Below are positions 48,445 through 61,300 of a stretch of 64,000 nucleotides of DNA, one piece after another. The stretch's first letter is position 1. Each line of letters opens with the position of its first letter. The notes under the pieces are model-generated. The model did no database searches. It had not been told where the DNA came from and saw nothing but the letters and a program-made list of their open reading frames with translations. Made by a program: the position numbers and the translations under genes. Origin of the DNA: Sphaerodactylus townsendi (lineage: Eukaryota); assembly GCF_021028975.2 (NCBI RefSeq), contig NC_059432.1:6448001-6512000 (forward strand). Direction: 5' to 3'.

Positions 48445-50365
48445 CTGCAAAGGAATAGGGAAGGTGAATCTACCTTTCACGGCTTTGACAGGGCCTTAAT
48501 AGCTGCTCCTTGCTGGGGCCAATTCCAGGTTTGGAGGGCCTTGGGCAAAATGTTCCCAGGGCCTCCCTTCCCTCTGACCGCCCCTCCCCCCCGGCCTCCC
48601 AGTCCTGTCCTCCTTCCCTTCTCAAAGCTGTATGCCTACTACCTGCCTGGGTGTCCTTCCACTGCCTACTTGAGAGCTCTCCCACTGGCCACACACACTA
48701 CTACCTGTAGCCCTTTTCCCAGGTGCATGGGGCATTGAACACAGCCAGAAGCATGGTGAACAGCTAGCAAATGCATGAGTATGGAGAGGGGCAGTAGACC
48801 CTGCCGGAAGCCTTGGGCCCAGACGGCTGCCCCACATCAGCTGACACCAGCTGTTGTTTTCCAAGGGACCAGATGAGCCACCAGAAAACCTGAAGGATTC
48901 ACAGCAAGAGTAGCCAAAGGAACCACTTGGGTGCAGGTAGCGTATAGATATGGAAGCATTTTATGCCTGTTTATTGGTTCATGGCCTGTTGTTGAATTCC
49001 CAGCTTCAGATGACAGGCCATTTCACTCAACAAGGGGGCGAGCGTGCCAGTGACTCGTTGAGTTTAGAGATGGGTCAGGTTGCAAAAAGTTAACTTCGAA
49101 TATCTGGAACATCAGCAGTCCAGTCTGGAGTTTGCCCCCAACTTGTCAAGGGCTGGGTTTTCCCACCCTCTCTTGCAGAAATTCCAGTAAAATCCTTATG
49201 GCCAAGAATCATTCCCATTTGAGTACATGATGAAAACGCTCCTTCCAACTGAAGCTGCATTCATTATGTTTGCATCTAAGTAGAGTGGGTGGTCCACATT
49301 TCTTTTTCTTTTTGTTGGCCCACAGATTCACTCTTCTACTCCTGACTTCTACTCCTGAATTTTCGAAACTAAGTGGAACATGAAAAGTTTCCCACAGCTT
49401 TTAGTTCTTTCATATCTTTCCATGCCTCCATGTAATCAATATGCAAACATGCACTGATAATACACCACAAAAAGGCAATCTTTATGTGAACATATATTTA
49501 TTATATGTACTGTTTTACTAAATCACACATATAGCCCTCATTAATAAAACACTACACACACACAAAATGATCTTGACACCGCAGCCCAGTCTCATCAATA
49601 CTGCTTTTTTGGTGGAGCTTTATCAATGCTCAAAAGCATATATTATTCATCAGTTAAACACTGCACAAAAAGAATCTAGATGCCATCACATGTATGATTC
49701 CCATTGCTTTTTTGCAGAGTTTTACCAATGTGCACATATGTATTAGGACAGAAGATGCAAATGAGCAAAATGAACAGAATCTGCATCGGAACACTTCTAA
49801 TGCTTTGCTTCACTCACAAAGAAAACCTGGTCATTTGCAACACCAAATCTGGGGAGAAATTCCACAAGGAGGGGAATGTTGAAAGCATCCCTAATTTAAA
49901 TGACCAAAGAGCAGCCACTACTGGGTCTACCCTATCTATCTCCCTGTTCAAACTGATCTAACTAGTCCTGTGTATTCTTCAGGTTGTCAGATGGGGCAGT
50001 GGATGAAGTATCACTCCCTTAGGCACTATCCCGTGATCGTGGACAGACACAGTCACCCCTTCTGGAACCCATAATCCCTTTGGCTAGGTCAGCATTATCT
50101 GAATGACTTCTGCCTTCCGCTTCCTGACCTGCCACTGTACTCGCAGAATCAGGCTGAACTGTGGGGATGTCTGCAGCAGTGATCTGGTCATTCTAGCTTC
50201 AGACTGCTCGGAAGGGGTGCCACTGCCGACCAATGCCCAGTCCAACACATGTCATGTCTCCTTTGCCAGTAGGGGGCCCTGAGCCCAGCAAACAGCTGCA
50301 CTTTGAAGAGTATAGCAAGTCCATCTGGTGTTCTTGTAACACCCGGGTACCCAGGCAGTGCATAC

Positions 50366-50516
50366 CTCTGACAGGAACTGAAGAGAATTTCAAGTGATGG
50401 AGGCTGCTGAGAAATGGAAGCAGGGAAGGAGACGCAGGAAAAGAGGAGTGGGGGCTCTCTCTGCCCAGTGGATGCTTTCCTGGGGTGTTCCGAGCTGGGT
50501 GTGGTTTGGTAAAGAG
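50366..50516 (-). CDS. WDFY4: WDFY4 exon, end of BEACH plus linker (LFTKPHPARN...SSVPVR)
   Basis: tttgcag acceptor, gtatgc donor, 151 nt, phase 0-1; LFxKPHPxR motif that ends BEACH. Confidence 0.93.
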
Positions 50517-52399
50517 CTGCAAAGAAGGAACAACAGCAAACCCAGCTGTGGATAATAATAGGATACCTCGAACTGTACCTGTTCTTTATCTTCTTATTGC
50601 GATTTTTTATTTCACAAGTAGAACTCTTTTGTCAATATTGAAGGCAAAACTTTGTTTTTTGAATAAGATTGCTTTGTATTTTGACAACCTAATGGTAGCT
50701 GCACTTTGGAGTTAGAGTTAGTATATACATAATGGCTTTTTTCAGCATATCTTAGACATTGCAATTGTTGTTATTATGTTCTTGGTAGTTGTTATGGAAG
50801 TTATTATCTGCAACCCTCTTTGTTGAGGTGACAGTGTTTACTCATTCACTCCATGTATTTTCCATTCAAATGCTTGTTTTAACCTTTTTGTTTGTGTTAA
50901 CTTTTTTGTTAAAGATATAATAAAAGTGTGCTGTTGTTTTTTACAGAGAAGGCACCATTCCCCCCCCCCCCCAATGCCTCTGGGTCTCTAAGGCGCTGCT
51001 GGGTTCAAATCCACCTGCTTCCCAGGAGGGGGGGGGGCTGTATTTATTATACCCGGCTGAGCCCAGTTTCCCAGGCTCCCCTCCAAATTGCCAAGAATTC
51101 CCCATCGCAGGACTCTGGCTAGCACAACGGGAAAGGGTCAGGCCCCGGAACAGTTGCCTCTTTGTGATGCAGCGCCCCCATGAGGGTGAAAGAAGTGGAT
51201 CAAGACAGCGTGAGAGGGGAATGAGAGAAGACCCCTCTACTGCCTGATCATCTGATTTCTGAAGACACTCTGCCAAACTAGGCCCACTGTGCTGGTTGGC
51301 ATTTCACCCACAGCACAGCTCAAGGAACACCCTCACTTCGTCAAGGCCCTCTGATGCAGGAGTGGGTACAGGAGTGGGGGCAGTGCCAGGGGTGGGGGTG
51401 GAGTTAGAGAGAGGACTTGCAGGAGCAGCAGCAACCCTGCAGTGAGGACAGAACCATCCTGACTCCCAAAGAGGGAGGGATCTTTCTCAAGGACTGATTA
51501 CCAACTGGCACAGAGGGGCGCAGTGGGACAGGAGGTGTGTCAGCGCAAGAAATCTTGTCCCAATGTGCTTCCTGTTTGCGGTGTGCTGAGAAAGGAGATA
51601 CGTCGGGACAAGATTTCTTGTCCTGACATGCTTTCTCTTGCCCCATTCATGCTACTTGCTTCCTCAGAGCACTTCTGGCACGACTTTTCATGCCAGAGCG
51701 GGGTGAGGTCAGGTAACCCCGGCAGTTGTTCTTTTTCATGGCTGCCCTAAAGATTCCCTTTGCCTAGAGCCGTGGTGGCGAACCTTTGGCACTCCAGATG
51801 TTATGGACTACAATTCCCATCAGCCCCTTCCAGCATGGCCAATTGGCCATGCTGGCAGGAGCGATAGAGCCAACAGATCTGGAGATGGAGTCTAACCTAA
51901 TGGCTTTCCTCATCAGCAATAACCTGCTTGTAAGGGACTAGCCACATGTGAGAGAAGGGAGCCTGGAAGTGGGGTCAGCTGAGACGAAAGGTGAAGGCCC
52001 AGAAAGCGAGGAGAAGAAATCTGATGATTTGGCCAAGGCTCCAGGTTGGGAAATCCCTGGAGATCTGGGGGGAGAGTCTGGAAAGAGTGGCTTTGGAGAG
52101 GGGGGACCTCAGCAGGTTATAATGCTATGGAATCCACTGTCGAAGTGACCACTTTCTTCAACTCTGAAGTCTAGAGATCAATTGTTATTCTGGGAGATCT
52201 CCAGGTTCCACATGGAGGTTGTTGTCATGACAATAGCCTGCAAGTGCATCTAGAGCTCACCTTAGACCTATGGGAGTGCATGCTCCGTCATGTATTCCAA
52301 ATGCTGCGATTAGGCTGGAGGCCGGGATGATGGCAATCAATGCTAGCATTTGGTTGGTAGCTTCTTTGTATTGGCTCAGACTTTTTTATTCATCTAAAG

Positions 52400-53125
52400 G
52401 TCTATCTCATCAGCACGGATTCATTTAACTCACCCTGGCGTAAAACTGTGGAAACTAAGCTGAGGATGCATACGTCTATCTATCAAGGCATTGATGGTAA
52501 CAGAATGTACCCACACCACAACAATAATAAAACAAAGATTACTGGACGTAAAGAGGAGCCATGATATAAATAGAATTTTTAAAAAAATGATTCCAGCATA
52601 CTGAATAAAATCCTGACTGCTCCTCATATTAAGCACCTGGATGTCGCTGAACTGCGAAGAAGCTTCCTGCTGATCAGACATAACGTCCTGCCAACAGTTA
52701 GTTGGCAAATACAATAAAAGACCAAGAGAAGAATGTTTGTGTTGATGCCAAGATGGTTCTATAGAATCATTGGGAGCATCTTATATTCGACTGTAAGAAT
52801 TTAGACCAGGAAAGAAGGAAGTTATTTCATCCTATTTTATAAATAAGTATCGAGATAGAGACAGGAGGACTTTTATGTCCGTATCGGTTGCCAGAACCAA
52901 TATAGGTGTGACACGTGAGGTTGCTAAATTTGTCTGGATAATTTGTAAGAGGTATAAGGAAGGGTGTAAGGAATTTTTGCAATAATTTATTTATTTAATA
53001 GTTTCGTACTTGGCCTTGTTGATTTTATTACTTAAGTTAATCTGATGTTTTAGTCTATAGTAATGTGTAAGTGTTGGATATTGTTATGGTTTTGGTCTAT
53101 GACCGCAAATGAATTTCATTCATTC
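52400..53125 (+). mobile_element. Degenerate non-LTR (RTE-X-like) 3' fragment
   Basis: Frameshifted GKYNKRPREECLC...EHLIFDC zinc-knuckle-like segment; ggtctatgaccg...(ATTC)n tail. Confidence 0.55.
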
Positions 53126-53179
53126 CCATGGAGGTTGGCACCCCAGTTCCTCACAGGGGAAAAGATTGGAGCTGAAGCT

Positions 53180-53385
53180 AAAATCAGGAAAAGCTTCCTG
53201 ACAGTCAGGGCTGTTGGACAGTGGAATGCGCTACCTCGGAGTGTGGAGGAGTCTCCTTCTTTGGTGGTTTTTAAAGAGAGGCTGAGTGAACTTCTGTCAG
53301 GGATTGCTTTGATTGTGTGTTCCTGCATGGCAGGGGGTTGGACTGGATGGCGCTGGTGGTCTCTTCAAACTCTATGATTCTATGA
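53180..53385 (+). mobile_element. CR1 3' end fragment
   Basis: IRKSFLTVRAVGQWNALPR and ctatgattctatga tail. Confidence 0.8.
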
Positions 53386-53534
53386 AGCTGAGGTTGTATA
53401 ATGTGGCTCCCAAGAAGCTCTGCCTATGCTCCCCCCACTCCCCCCCCCCCCAGCCTTTGACCCCAGCATTGCACAGGCAACCAAGGATCCGTGTTTGGTG
53501 CTCAGCTGCTGATTTCCCAGGCAATTCTATACCG

Positions 53535-53680
53535 CAATGGTGGCGAACCTTTGGCACTCCAGTTGTTATGGACTACAATTCCCATCGGCCCCTGCCAGCA
53601 TAGCCAATTGGTCATGCTGGCAGGGGCTGATGGGAACTGTAGTCCATAACAACTGGAGTGCCAAAGGTTTGCCACCACGG
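53535..53680. mobile_element. Fully palindromic 146-bp hAT MITE
   Basis: Same family; 8-bp TSD ctataccg. Confidence 0.92.
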
Positions 53681-53685
53681 CTATA

Positions 53686-54022
53686 CCGTGTTTTCCCGAA
53701 AATAAGACACAAGTCTTATATTAATTTTTGCACCAAAAGATGCATTAGGGCTTATTTTGGGGATAGGGCTTATTTTAGAGGAAATATGGTACCCTCACAG
53801 TTCATTAAGGTGGGCTCTCAGCAGCCCCGTCCCTGTCACGTGCGATGCAAGCTGCATCCTCATTGGCAGGGAGCCCCCTGCTGGATCACACCATCCTGAT
53901 CTGTAACTACTGGTAGGGACTATTTTTGGAGTAGGGCTTATATTTTAAGCCTCCTCCAAAAATCCTGAAAAGTCATGATAGGGCTTATTTTCAGGGAAGG
54001 TCTTATTTTCGGGGAAACACAG
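53686..54022. mobile_element. Tc1/mariner-superfamily (pogo/Tc2-like) MITE
   Basis: TIR ccgtgttttcccgaaaataagac / gtcttattttcggggaaacacag; TA on both flanks; repeated agggcttatttt motifs. Confidence 0.85.
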
Positions 54023-54119
54023 TAATACCAAATCTCATTCTGGGCAGAAGATGAACAGCCCTTGGTGACTGTAGAAGCAGCCCACCCTCTTCCCCTCCCC
54101 AGCCCAGCATGCACTATAC

Positions 54120-54332
54120 CTGCTTTGGGATTTGTCCAAAGTTGCTGACAAATCCCAAGATGGTATTTTTGGTGAGGGGGTCACTGATGCTGTCCAGGTG
54201 GATCTTGTCACCATAGAAATACGGGTGGAAGACATTGACTGCCTTCACTGCTGCCGGGCCGTGCTGTTTATGCCCAAAGATGAGATCTATCCAGTGATGA
54301 AGGTGGCAGCTGACATAATCGCTCTCCAGTGC
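54120..54332 (-). CDS. WDFY4: WDFY4 BEACH C-terminal exon (ALESDYVSCHLHHWIDLIFGHKQ...FVSNFGQIPKQ)
   Basis: ttccag acceptor, gtatag donor, 213 nt, phase 0-0; ALES, WIDLIFG and FGQxPKQ motifs. Confidence 0.96.
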
Positions 54333-54640
54333 CTGGAACCCAACAGGCAACATTTGTTCAGGGTTATCCTCTCAGCCAAAATGCCCTCCCACCTTTGACC
54401 TCATGGACAGCTTCCCAATTGGACTCCGTGCTCTCTTGCTGAGGGCACCATGCTTTGTTGCCAGCAAAATGCCAAACAGTGTGGGATCATCTCTTGGGTT
54501 GAGCTTGACAGCTCTGAAGTGGACATGCTAACTGGAACCAGAGAATGGCTCTATTTACAAAGGAACATTGGTAGCTTGGTGTATTGGTGACAATGACAGC
54601 GCCCCAGAGGTTCCAGGTGCTGGGGCATTGAACATCAGAC

Positions 54641-55005
54641 CATAAGAAGAGTCCTGCTGGATCAGACCAAGGGCCCATCAATTTCAGCATTCTGTTCATA
54701 CAGCAGCCAACCAGCTGACTCTAGGAAGCCCATAGCCCACAGCCCTTCCTCTTGCTGTGCTCCCGAGCAACTGACACACAGGGCACAGTGCCCCTGGTAC
54801 GGGGGGAATAGATATCCATCATGACTAGTAGCCATAGATTTGTCCCCTCACTTTTCAAGCCTTTCCAGTTGACGTCCATCACAGCATTCTGGGGCAGCAA
54901 GTTCCACAAATTAACTATGCGCTGTGTGACGAAGCACTTCCTTGTGTCTGTTCTGTGTCTCCCACCATTCAGCTTCCGAGGATCACCCCGAGTTCTAGTT
55001 TTATG
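54641..55005 (-). mobile_element. Degenerate CR1 3' fragment
   Basis: Minus-strand TRTRGDPRKL...FVTQRIVNLWNLLPQ; cataagaag...tgctggatcagacc terminus. Confidence 0.8.
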
Positions 55006-55384
55006 GCAGAAAAGCTGCCTGTCTAGTTCTGAAAAGCCCACTGATTTGGTAGCATATAAAATAAGGTCCAAAGATCTTGCTATCTTGTGCGCATAAACTT
55101 AAACTAGGACTGTACTAAGAAAGGGCAGGCCTGTTTTACACACCACCCACACTGCTCATCAGTGTAAATGGAGCTTCATTTGCTGTTAAAGATGTCAACA
55201 AACAACAAATCTGACCGGCTACATAATGCTGTGACATCACCATGTCCAGTACATGATCCCTGATCAATACAGTTCCCTCTTGCCCAATTATGGAAAGAGA
55301 TATCAATGGCATTAATGCCTGCCTATGCTCACCTCATCAGTGGGAGGAAACTGGGGCCAAAGAGGGGGCATGATTGTCCTAGTA

Positions 55385-55530
55385 CCTTGGTGGCTAACCT
55401 TTGGCACTCCAGATGTTATGGACTACAATTCCCATCAGCCCCTTCCAGCATGGCCAATTGGCCATGCTGGAAGGGGCTGATGGGAATTGTAGTCCATAAC
55501 ATCTGGAGTGCCAAAGGTTCGCCACCACTG
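55385..55530. mobile_element. Fully palindromic 146-bp hAT MITE
   Basis: Same family; 8-bp TSD tcctagta. Confidence 0.92.
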
Positions 55531-55909
55531 TCCTAGTATCATAGCATGGCACCAGGTGCCACAGAGTTTCTGATGATTCCTAGAGCTACCCTTGTGATTT
55601 CTGGGTAGCTCGAGGAATCACCAGGAACTCTATGGTTAGAACTTTGTATAAACAGATGAGGTCTTCTTTTTCTTTTTAGTTTTTCTCTCAAGGCAATTAT
55701 GGCCTCCCACAACCCTCCCACCAACTTCCAAGCATTGCCAGACAACCATGCTGATTACCTTGAATGACCTCTAGAGGACTGAAGAAACAGTTGCTGGGAT
55801 GGAGTGGGACTCTCTGTTTCAAGCCAAAAAGAAACTTGGGGGGCAGAACTTAGACACAGAGGCCAACCTCGGGAATTCACAAAGTCCAACTTGCACCCTT
55901 TGCACTGAC

Positions 55910-56001
55910 CTGCCTGTTCAAGCTAATGAATCTCTGAGGGCTTCCTTCTGCCCAGGGCGGCAGCTGAACATCCCCCAGCAGGGTCCCGTCCTGCAAGCTT
56001 C
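55910..56001 (-). CDS. WDFY4: WDFY4 BEACH exon (SLQDGTLLGDVQLPPWAEGSPQRFISLNRQ)
   Basis: tttgcag acceptor, gtcagt donor, 92 nt, phase 1-0; DVxLPPWA BEACH motif. Confidence 0.95.
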
Positions 56002-56467
56002 CTGCAAAGGAGAACATACAAAGAGCAAACACTGAATCTTGGACCTCATTTGGGGGGTAAACAGGTTGCCCCCCCCCACCCCCACTCTGACTCCAGAGAC
56101 CTGTCAAGAGGTTAGAATTGATTGAGCCCCAAAACTCAAGACCCGTTAGTTGTCAATCCTAATTCTCAGAAGCTGATCTTCCAAAACCACGGGCCCAAAC
56201 TTGGTCTCTAGCCCTTAAAACAGGGAAGCCATCTGACAAGGGTTGCCAAGCTCCAGGTGGTGGCTGGAGATTTCCCTCTACTATAACTGATCTGCAGGCG
56301 ACAGAGATCCGTTCCCCTGGAGAAAATGACTTCTTTGGCTTTATACCTCACTGAAGTGCCGCCCCTTCCCAAATCCTGCCATCCTCCAGCTCCATCCCCT
56401 CCCCCCCCCCCGAATCTGTTGGAAATAACAATATTTAGTGGACAAAGGAACTGAGAAAAAGACCCAG

Positions 56468-56809
56468 CAGAGGCGGAGCGACCAAGGGACAGGGGGTGGG
56501 TGCGCATTGTGCCAGGCTGGCGCCTGAGGGGCAGAAAATCACCCCTCCCCCCGCGGCACCCACCCTTACCTTAGTGAAACAGAGCAGATTAGAGAAGCAG
56601 CCTGTTCTCTTTAGGCTGAAAACGGCCTGGTGGGAACTACACTTCCCAGGAGACGTTGCGAGCCCCAGGGTCTCATGGGAAGTATAGTTCCCACCAGGCC
56701 GTTTTCAGCCTGAAGGGAATAGGCTGCTTTTCCAGGCTGAACTAAGGTGGAGGGGGGGCGGAAAACACAGAGTGCGCACCGGGTGCACTCTGGCCCAGCT
56801 ATGCCTCTG
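56468..56809. mobile_element. Non-autonomous hAT element with internal palindrome
   Basis: TIR cagaggcggagc / gctatgcctctg; perfect 8-bp TSD agacccag; internal inverted repeat at about 56595-56730. Confidence 0.88.
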
Positions 56810-58802
56810 AGACCCAGTAGGGGTGGCAAGTGGTGGATAGGGCTGTAAGGCTAGAGACCCTTCCATCCCTTTGAGTCACCTCTTGTCTGTTCTCACATGA
56901 TGATCTCAGGTCTAATTTTCTCCTTTTCCTAGATAGCATGGCGGCTGCAGGCTATTTCTGCCTCTCAGCTTTCCTATCCGAAATGTAGTTCCCTACTAAA
57001 CAGTTAACTTTACCTCTAATCAGTGAGTCTGCCGCTTCTCTGCATAACAAGCATTCTGCCAACAACACCTCCAGGTATTTCCCATCCCAGAGATGGCAAC
57101 CCTACATCTAAACCCCACCCCACTGAAACACAACAGGCAGACACAACAAGGTACAGACTAGGCCTGTCTTGTGGTGTTGGATAGTACTTTTAAGTCACAG
57201 CTGACGCAAAACGATCCCATAGATGTTTAAGTCAAGAGATGACCAGTGGTGGTTTGCCTTTGCCTGTCTCTGCTTAGAGGCCCTGGACTTCCTTGGAGGT
57301 CTCTCATCCAACTACAATCCAGGATTGACCTGGAGAGATCGGGCTAGCTGGGGCATCCAGGACAAGTTAGGCTCAATCCTAGCTTCATTTACAGCCAAAA
57401 CTTTTATTCAGTGCAGAACCCTGGGAAGGCCGATATACAAGTATAATTAATAAATAAATAAACCAAGGGACATGGCTAAAGGAACTTGTCTGCAATTTGT
57501 AAATACCGATTTCACAAAGTCTCTAACACTTTAACAAAGCCTCACAGAGAATGATTACAAATTAATCCAGTGTAACATCAAATAACTAAAGTGTGTGTGT
57601 TGATGCTTAAAATAACAAATTGCCTCTGTTAAGATGTACACAACCAGCCTGCCATATGTATCCACTGCCACCTGAGCATTCTTTTCTGGATCTTTGCTTT
57701 ATGGCTTCAAACGCTCGTAGACAACTAGGCTTCCCCTGGTCTTCTTGTCCCATGGGAACAATGCCGCTTTTGTTATCTCGTGGGGCAGGAAGCCAAGTGG
57801 CTGCAGTGGTTGAGGGGAGTTCATCCAACCCATCTCCTCCCCCCCCAACACCCAGAAATGTGATGTCCACTATAGCTCCTCAGTGCTGACCTGGACTGTT
57901 TCCCACACCCTCATGTCCCCACAGAGAGGCATTATTTTCTCCTTTCGTTATTAGCTGGTCTGTGTCATGTGACCAGCCTGGGAAGGCTGCAAGTCAGCTC
58001 AGGACCTTCAGAAATGAAATGCTCCAGCTGATGCTCAGCGGGGTCAGGGGTGCTGCCAAAGGTGAGTCATTCCAATTGTAGCAAAATGTGGCCACAGGCT
58101 CAAAAAGGCTGGGGGGGGGCCCTGTGCTAGAACGTCAGTGACGTAGATAGGGGAGGCCTGGGGGGGGACTGAGACCTGGGCACCACTACCAATGTTCACT
58201 GAATGCCCCCCAGCCCCAAAACTGCACCCCTTCTTCGAACTCCCCGCTGAGTTCAGGGAAGGAACACAGTTGAACGTGACCAATAGGGCTCCACGGAGCT
58301 TGAGGGTTGAGCCAACAGTATGACGCTGGAGTCAGTGAGCTCAGAGGGGGCTAAGGCTGGCCTCAGGGGGGCCAAGCTTTCAATTGCAGGCTTGAAGCTG
58401 GACAGGCCACCTGGAGCCAGCACTTAACAGCCCTTCCCACTCTCAGCTCAGCTTGGGAATAGGACCAGCCCTCTGTGACCCTTGTCCGAACTCCAGCTGG
58501 GGGGGCACAACTGAGGGGGCAGCTCCTGGGATGAGCCCCTGGCACTATTTTCCTCAGCTACACTTCTGTATACGGTCCCTATAACTACACGATCCTTGAC
58601 TGGCTGGAATTCTGTAATGAAGAAGGCTCAGCAAACTTAGTGTATTGGATGTGGGGGTGGGGGTGGAATTAAATCTCCCACAAACTGAACTGCAAACAAG
58701 CATGAAAAAAAAGATTATTAAAAAGTGAAAGATTAAAAATCCCCCCACCCCCACCCCCATGGAACATTTAGAAATCACATTTTGTTGCTTCCAAATTGTT
58801 CA

Positions 58803-59117
<315 letters not shown>

Positions 59118-59232
59118 TCAGGGCCAACCAACGCTGACTATCCGTCCCAAGTGCTGTCAACCTTTTGCAGTCCCGGCAGGTATTGCTGGAATTGTCTATG
59201 TTTCCTTGTCTGATTTGTTTAATCTTGTGAGC

Positions 59233-59313
59233 TTCATTCATTCATTCATTCATTCATTCATTCATTCATTCATTCATTCATTCATTCATTCATTCATTCA
59301 TTCATTCATTCAT
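59233..59313. repeat. (TTCA)n microsatellite; others: (CT)n(CA)n 272-330, poly-C 7758-7782, (TAT)n/(TAGT)n 29809-29880, (GGCA)n 30577-30623
   Basis: Directly visible. Confidence 0.95.
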
Positions 59314-61080
59314 TTTTTCAATTTATATCATGCTCTATCCCCACATCTGGCATTTTGCTTTCTAGGGGAGCAGGAGCAATATTTCTTTAAATAATTGGAA
59401 AGTTAATATTGACAAACTTTGTGAGTAATGACAAAAAGTGAGTAATGGCTACTTTTGATCATGTCCAGAATTATTCTGTTTAGAGAACTGAAATATTGAA
59501 CATAGAGAATGTATTGCTGATGTGATTCTGATGTTTAGGTAATCAGTCCTGATTGAGGTCAAACCAACCAGAGTTCGATTAGCCCAAACACATGCGATTT
59601 TGAGTCAGCAGTCATTTTTGCATAACAAACAATTCCTTGTATATTTTGTTCAGTGTTCACCTTGTATCATATTTGAATGCTATGTTTGTGATATATTGTT
59701 GAAGGTGTGAGATATCCGGAAATAGACTGTATTAGAGAATCTGTTTGGAGCTGCACTGTTGGTTACATTGATAAAAAGGATACTTGTGTTCATTCACAAG
59801 GTTGATTAGCCAGAGGCACAGAGTGGTTTGTATGATTTTAACCTCCAGGTGGGGCTTGAGCTTGTCCAGGAATTACAGTGACACCTGGTCTCCAGAGATC
59901 CCCTTCCCTGGAGGAAATGGCCTCTTTGGAGGCTAGACTCTAGGGAATTATATATTGCTAAGATCTGTCCCCTCCCCAACCTAGACTTAGGGGATAGGTG
60001 GTATGGGGGGGAGCGGGGAGGAAGAGGCTGCTTAACCCTCCTTGGGTTAACGAGTGGGCCTGGCACCTGGTCATGGCCAACCTTCTTTGGGGGGAAGGGG
60101 AGGAAAGGGGAGGGCAGAGGGAGCCCAGCAGGATGGGGGCAATAAACATTAGGCACTATAACATAAACAAACCCGCCCAGCTAGAAAAAAATCAGCAGAT
60201 AAACACCTACAGAGCAGCATTCAAAACAATTTAAAAAGTCTTTAAAAGGAAGACGAGAACAACCACAAAGAAGAGCTAAATGGCCTCTTCCACACATGCA
60301 GAATAATGCACTTTCAATCCACTTTCACAACTGTTTGCCAGTGGATTTCGCTGTTCCGCACAGTAAAATCCAGCTGCAAAGTGCACCGAAAGGGGATTGA
60401 AAGTGCATTATTCTGCATGTGCGGAAGGGGCCAAAAAGACTAACAGCCTAGAGAAGAATAGAAATACTTGTTCTTCATGCCCAGATGTTAAGGGGCCTGG
60501 CAGGAGATGGCAGTAAAGACATTCTACTAAAAATGGAACCACCACAAAAAAGATCCTACCACGTGGGGTCTCATGCATAATTTACTTATTGAAATATTTA
60601 TAGCCCACCTTCCCTTTCAACTCAAGGAAACTCCAAGAGAGTTTTCTTGGACAACTCCAGGGTATCCATGTGATACCACCTCTCCTCCACAGTCAGTTGA
60701 TTTCAGCTGTGGCAGCCTTCAATAATGCATAGTGTAAGTTAAGATCTGCAGAATCTCACTGGTGAGTCCTGGTACTTGCCCAAATTAGGGTTGTCATCTC
60801 CAGCTTGGGAAATTCCTGAAGATTTTGAGGAGGCGCCTGTGGAGATTCTAGGTGAAATCTATTTCACCTAGAATCTATGGTATACCATAGAGTCTGAAGC
60901 TGCCTTCTTTTCCAGGGGAAGGGATCTCTGTCATCTGGAGTCAGTTGTAATTCCAGAAAAACACCAGGTTCCACCCTAGTGATGGTGATGGTTGCTTCCA
61001 TGACTACTTGGAGCCATTTTACATTCTGTGATTTTAACAACTGCACATTACAGAGCCACATACTGCAAAAGGGTCCCACT

Positions 61081-61300
61081 TAGGTTTGCCAACTCTGGGC
61101 TGGGAAATTCCTCGAGATTTGTGGAGCAGAACTCGGGGAGGACAGACTTTGGAGAGGGAAGGGATCACAGCGAGGTCTCATTCCATAAAGCCCACCTTCT
61201 AAAGCTGCCATTTTCTCCAGGGGGAAATGATCCCTGTGAGTTGGAGATCAGTTGTAATTCCGGGAGATCTCCAGGCCTCATCTGGAGGCTGGCAGCCCTA
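61081..61300. mobile_element. Abundant ~200-bp TAGGGTTGCC-terminated hAT-like MITE (copies at about 25575, 27860, 31658, 36735, 41565, 42451, 47851, 52045, 56238, 59840, 60787)
   Basis: TIR taggtttgcc / ggcagcccta; shared body gggaaattcctggagattt...ccattttctccagggg; diverged, TSDs eroded. Confidence 0.78.
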
